Source of the DNA: Lingula anatina
Lineage: Eukaryota; Animalia; Brachiopoda
Length of the DNA: 64,000 bases
NCBI GenBank assembly: GCA_051362555.1
Contig: CM120645.1
Span: forward strand, 1,240,001-1,304,000
Reading direction: 5' to 3'
Position numbers and translations under genes: made by a program. Each line of letters opens with the position of its first letter. The stretch's first letter is position 1. The notes below the pieces were generated by a model, which worked only from the letters and a program-made list of their open reading frames with translations, did not search any database and was not told the origin of the DNA. Of the stretch, positions 62,693 to 64,000 are shown piece after piece.

Positions 62693-63582
62693 CTTTTGAA
62701 GTGTCCTTTTGCATATTTATAGCTGCTGTATGTCAACAAAATGCTGGATGCAGCTTTTCCAGGGATTGCTCCACTAATTGTGAGAATTCAGTCACCTGAA
62801 GTAGTAAATTTACAAAAGCACTGTCAACAAATTATTTTTGTATTTAGATCATGTTTCTTTATTAATGTAAATGCATAATATTAATGAAAAGGAATGTACT
62901 GTACCAATTTCCATGTAACTATACAATGTTTAAGCCATATAAAAATGTTCTCAAACAAAAAAAAAATGTTAAGAAAGATGATTATTTTTATTTATTGCAA
63001 CATACCAGGGTGATGCTACTGGTTGTGTGGTGCTCTGTACGGCGAATTGCAGCATACTGAATCTCTCTTCAAAATCATTCTGTAAACAGAAAATTTACTT
63101 AAAAATTTGGAAAAAATAACTTACAACAAATCCTAAATTTTAATGACAATGAATGTGAGTAGGATTTAACTTAATGAGGTGATTTAATATCGGTAGAAAA
63201 AATTATTGGGTCGCCTTTTCCTTGGCAGGAAAATTGCTGGCAGGCTTGTATTAGTTGTAAACAAAAGCATTAAAATAAATATCAAATTCCCTAGTTAAGG
63301 GACAGAATTCTATTCTAGCTTTTTTCAAGTATGATGTGCAGTCAAACTACAGTTCACGGCTGGTTGTAGACTATTCGGACTAATATTCCCTTGCTGTGGT
63401 ACTAAAATATCATAACTTGATCACGACATGGAAAGTAAAACTCTGCCGCCTGTCCACCGTCTCCACGTGCTTTGTGTGAGATCGCTCGATTATCGTCGAT
63501 TTTATCCACATGCTGCAATCCAGCTTCGTTTAATCAAGCTAAGAGACAGACTTACCTCCAATAATGTCAACTTCGAGGCCAT
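62693..63582 (-). pseudogene. Degenerate spliced gene inside the outer transposon (exons 63582-63556, 63079-63006, 62795-62693, possibly more downstream)
   Basis: MASKLTLLE|gtaagt, then ttacag|NDFEERFSMLQFAVQ...|gtatg, then ttcag|VTEFSQLVEQSLEKL... with a phase mismatch and an in-frame stop. Confidence 0.4.
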
Positions 63583-64000
63583 TATTAATCAAATTGAACC
63601 AAAAATCTGTCAAAATGACGCTCAATTGTCTTAGCACGCCTGCTCCCCATTCACATGTAGTGCAACGAAAGTTGACCGGAAGTAAAACTACCCAACTCTC
63701 GCCCAACTCTTGTGGTCACAAGCTCATAACACAGAGGGCAATACAAATCTCGCGGGAGGTTGCATTCCATTTCTCTACTTCTATGCTGACACCAAGCGTC
63801 AAACAGTCGACTAATCATATATCGACGCTCAACATAATTTGGATGGTATGATCCGTAAAAATTGTCAGTTTTAGAGAAAATAACATGCATTCATGAACAT
63901 TAAATAAATGCATAGCCCTTTTCAAATTGTCGACCTTTGCACAAATACAACGTCAAATTTTTATTTATCATATTGATTACGATATCACGATTAAGAAAAT

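Larger units (their letters stand above)
55667..63785. mobile_element. P-superfamily-like DNA transposon (outer element), degenerate
   Basis: Ends catagaagtagagaa(a)atggaatgc in inverted orientation, plus a shared subterminal block gagcttgtgaccac(g/a)agagttgggcgagagttggg...ttccggt. Perfect 7-bp TSD ctgacac at 55660-55666 and 63786-63792. Internal THAP remnant. Confidence 0.85.

Overview
AT-rich animal genomic DNA with GT-AG introns and many microsatellites; most likely a lophotrochozoan such as a mollusc (inference). The + strand carries three developmental regulators: the 3' half of FoxP (5'-partial, stop at 6787), an intronless FoxQ2-class forkhead gene (20288-21631) and a complete four-exon Wnt16 (28493-47251, 356 aa). 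A convergent, unrecognised three-exon gene of about 934 aa lies on the - strand (52051-48781). The last 8 kb is a P-superfamily-like DNA transposon (55667-63785, 7-bp TSD, decayed THAP domain) with a second such element nested inside it (55952-59798, 7-bp TSD). The most striking feature is in FoxP, where both halves of the forkhead domain are encoded by tandem, phase-matched duplicate exons. The pair 243-344 / 661-762 covers helix 2 and the dimerisation hinge, and the pair 1633-1754 / 2180-2343 covers the recognition helix and wings. Up to four DNA-binding domains could therefore be spliced combinatorially. The second pair is the known FOXP1 18/18b-type switch; I do not know of a description of the first pair.
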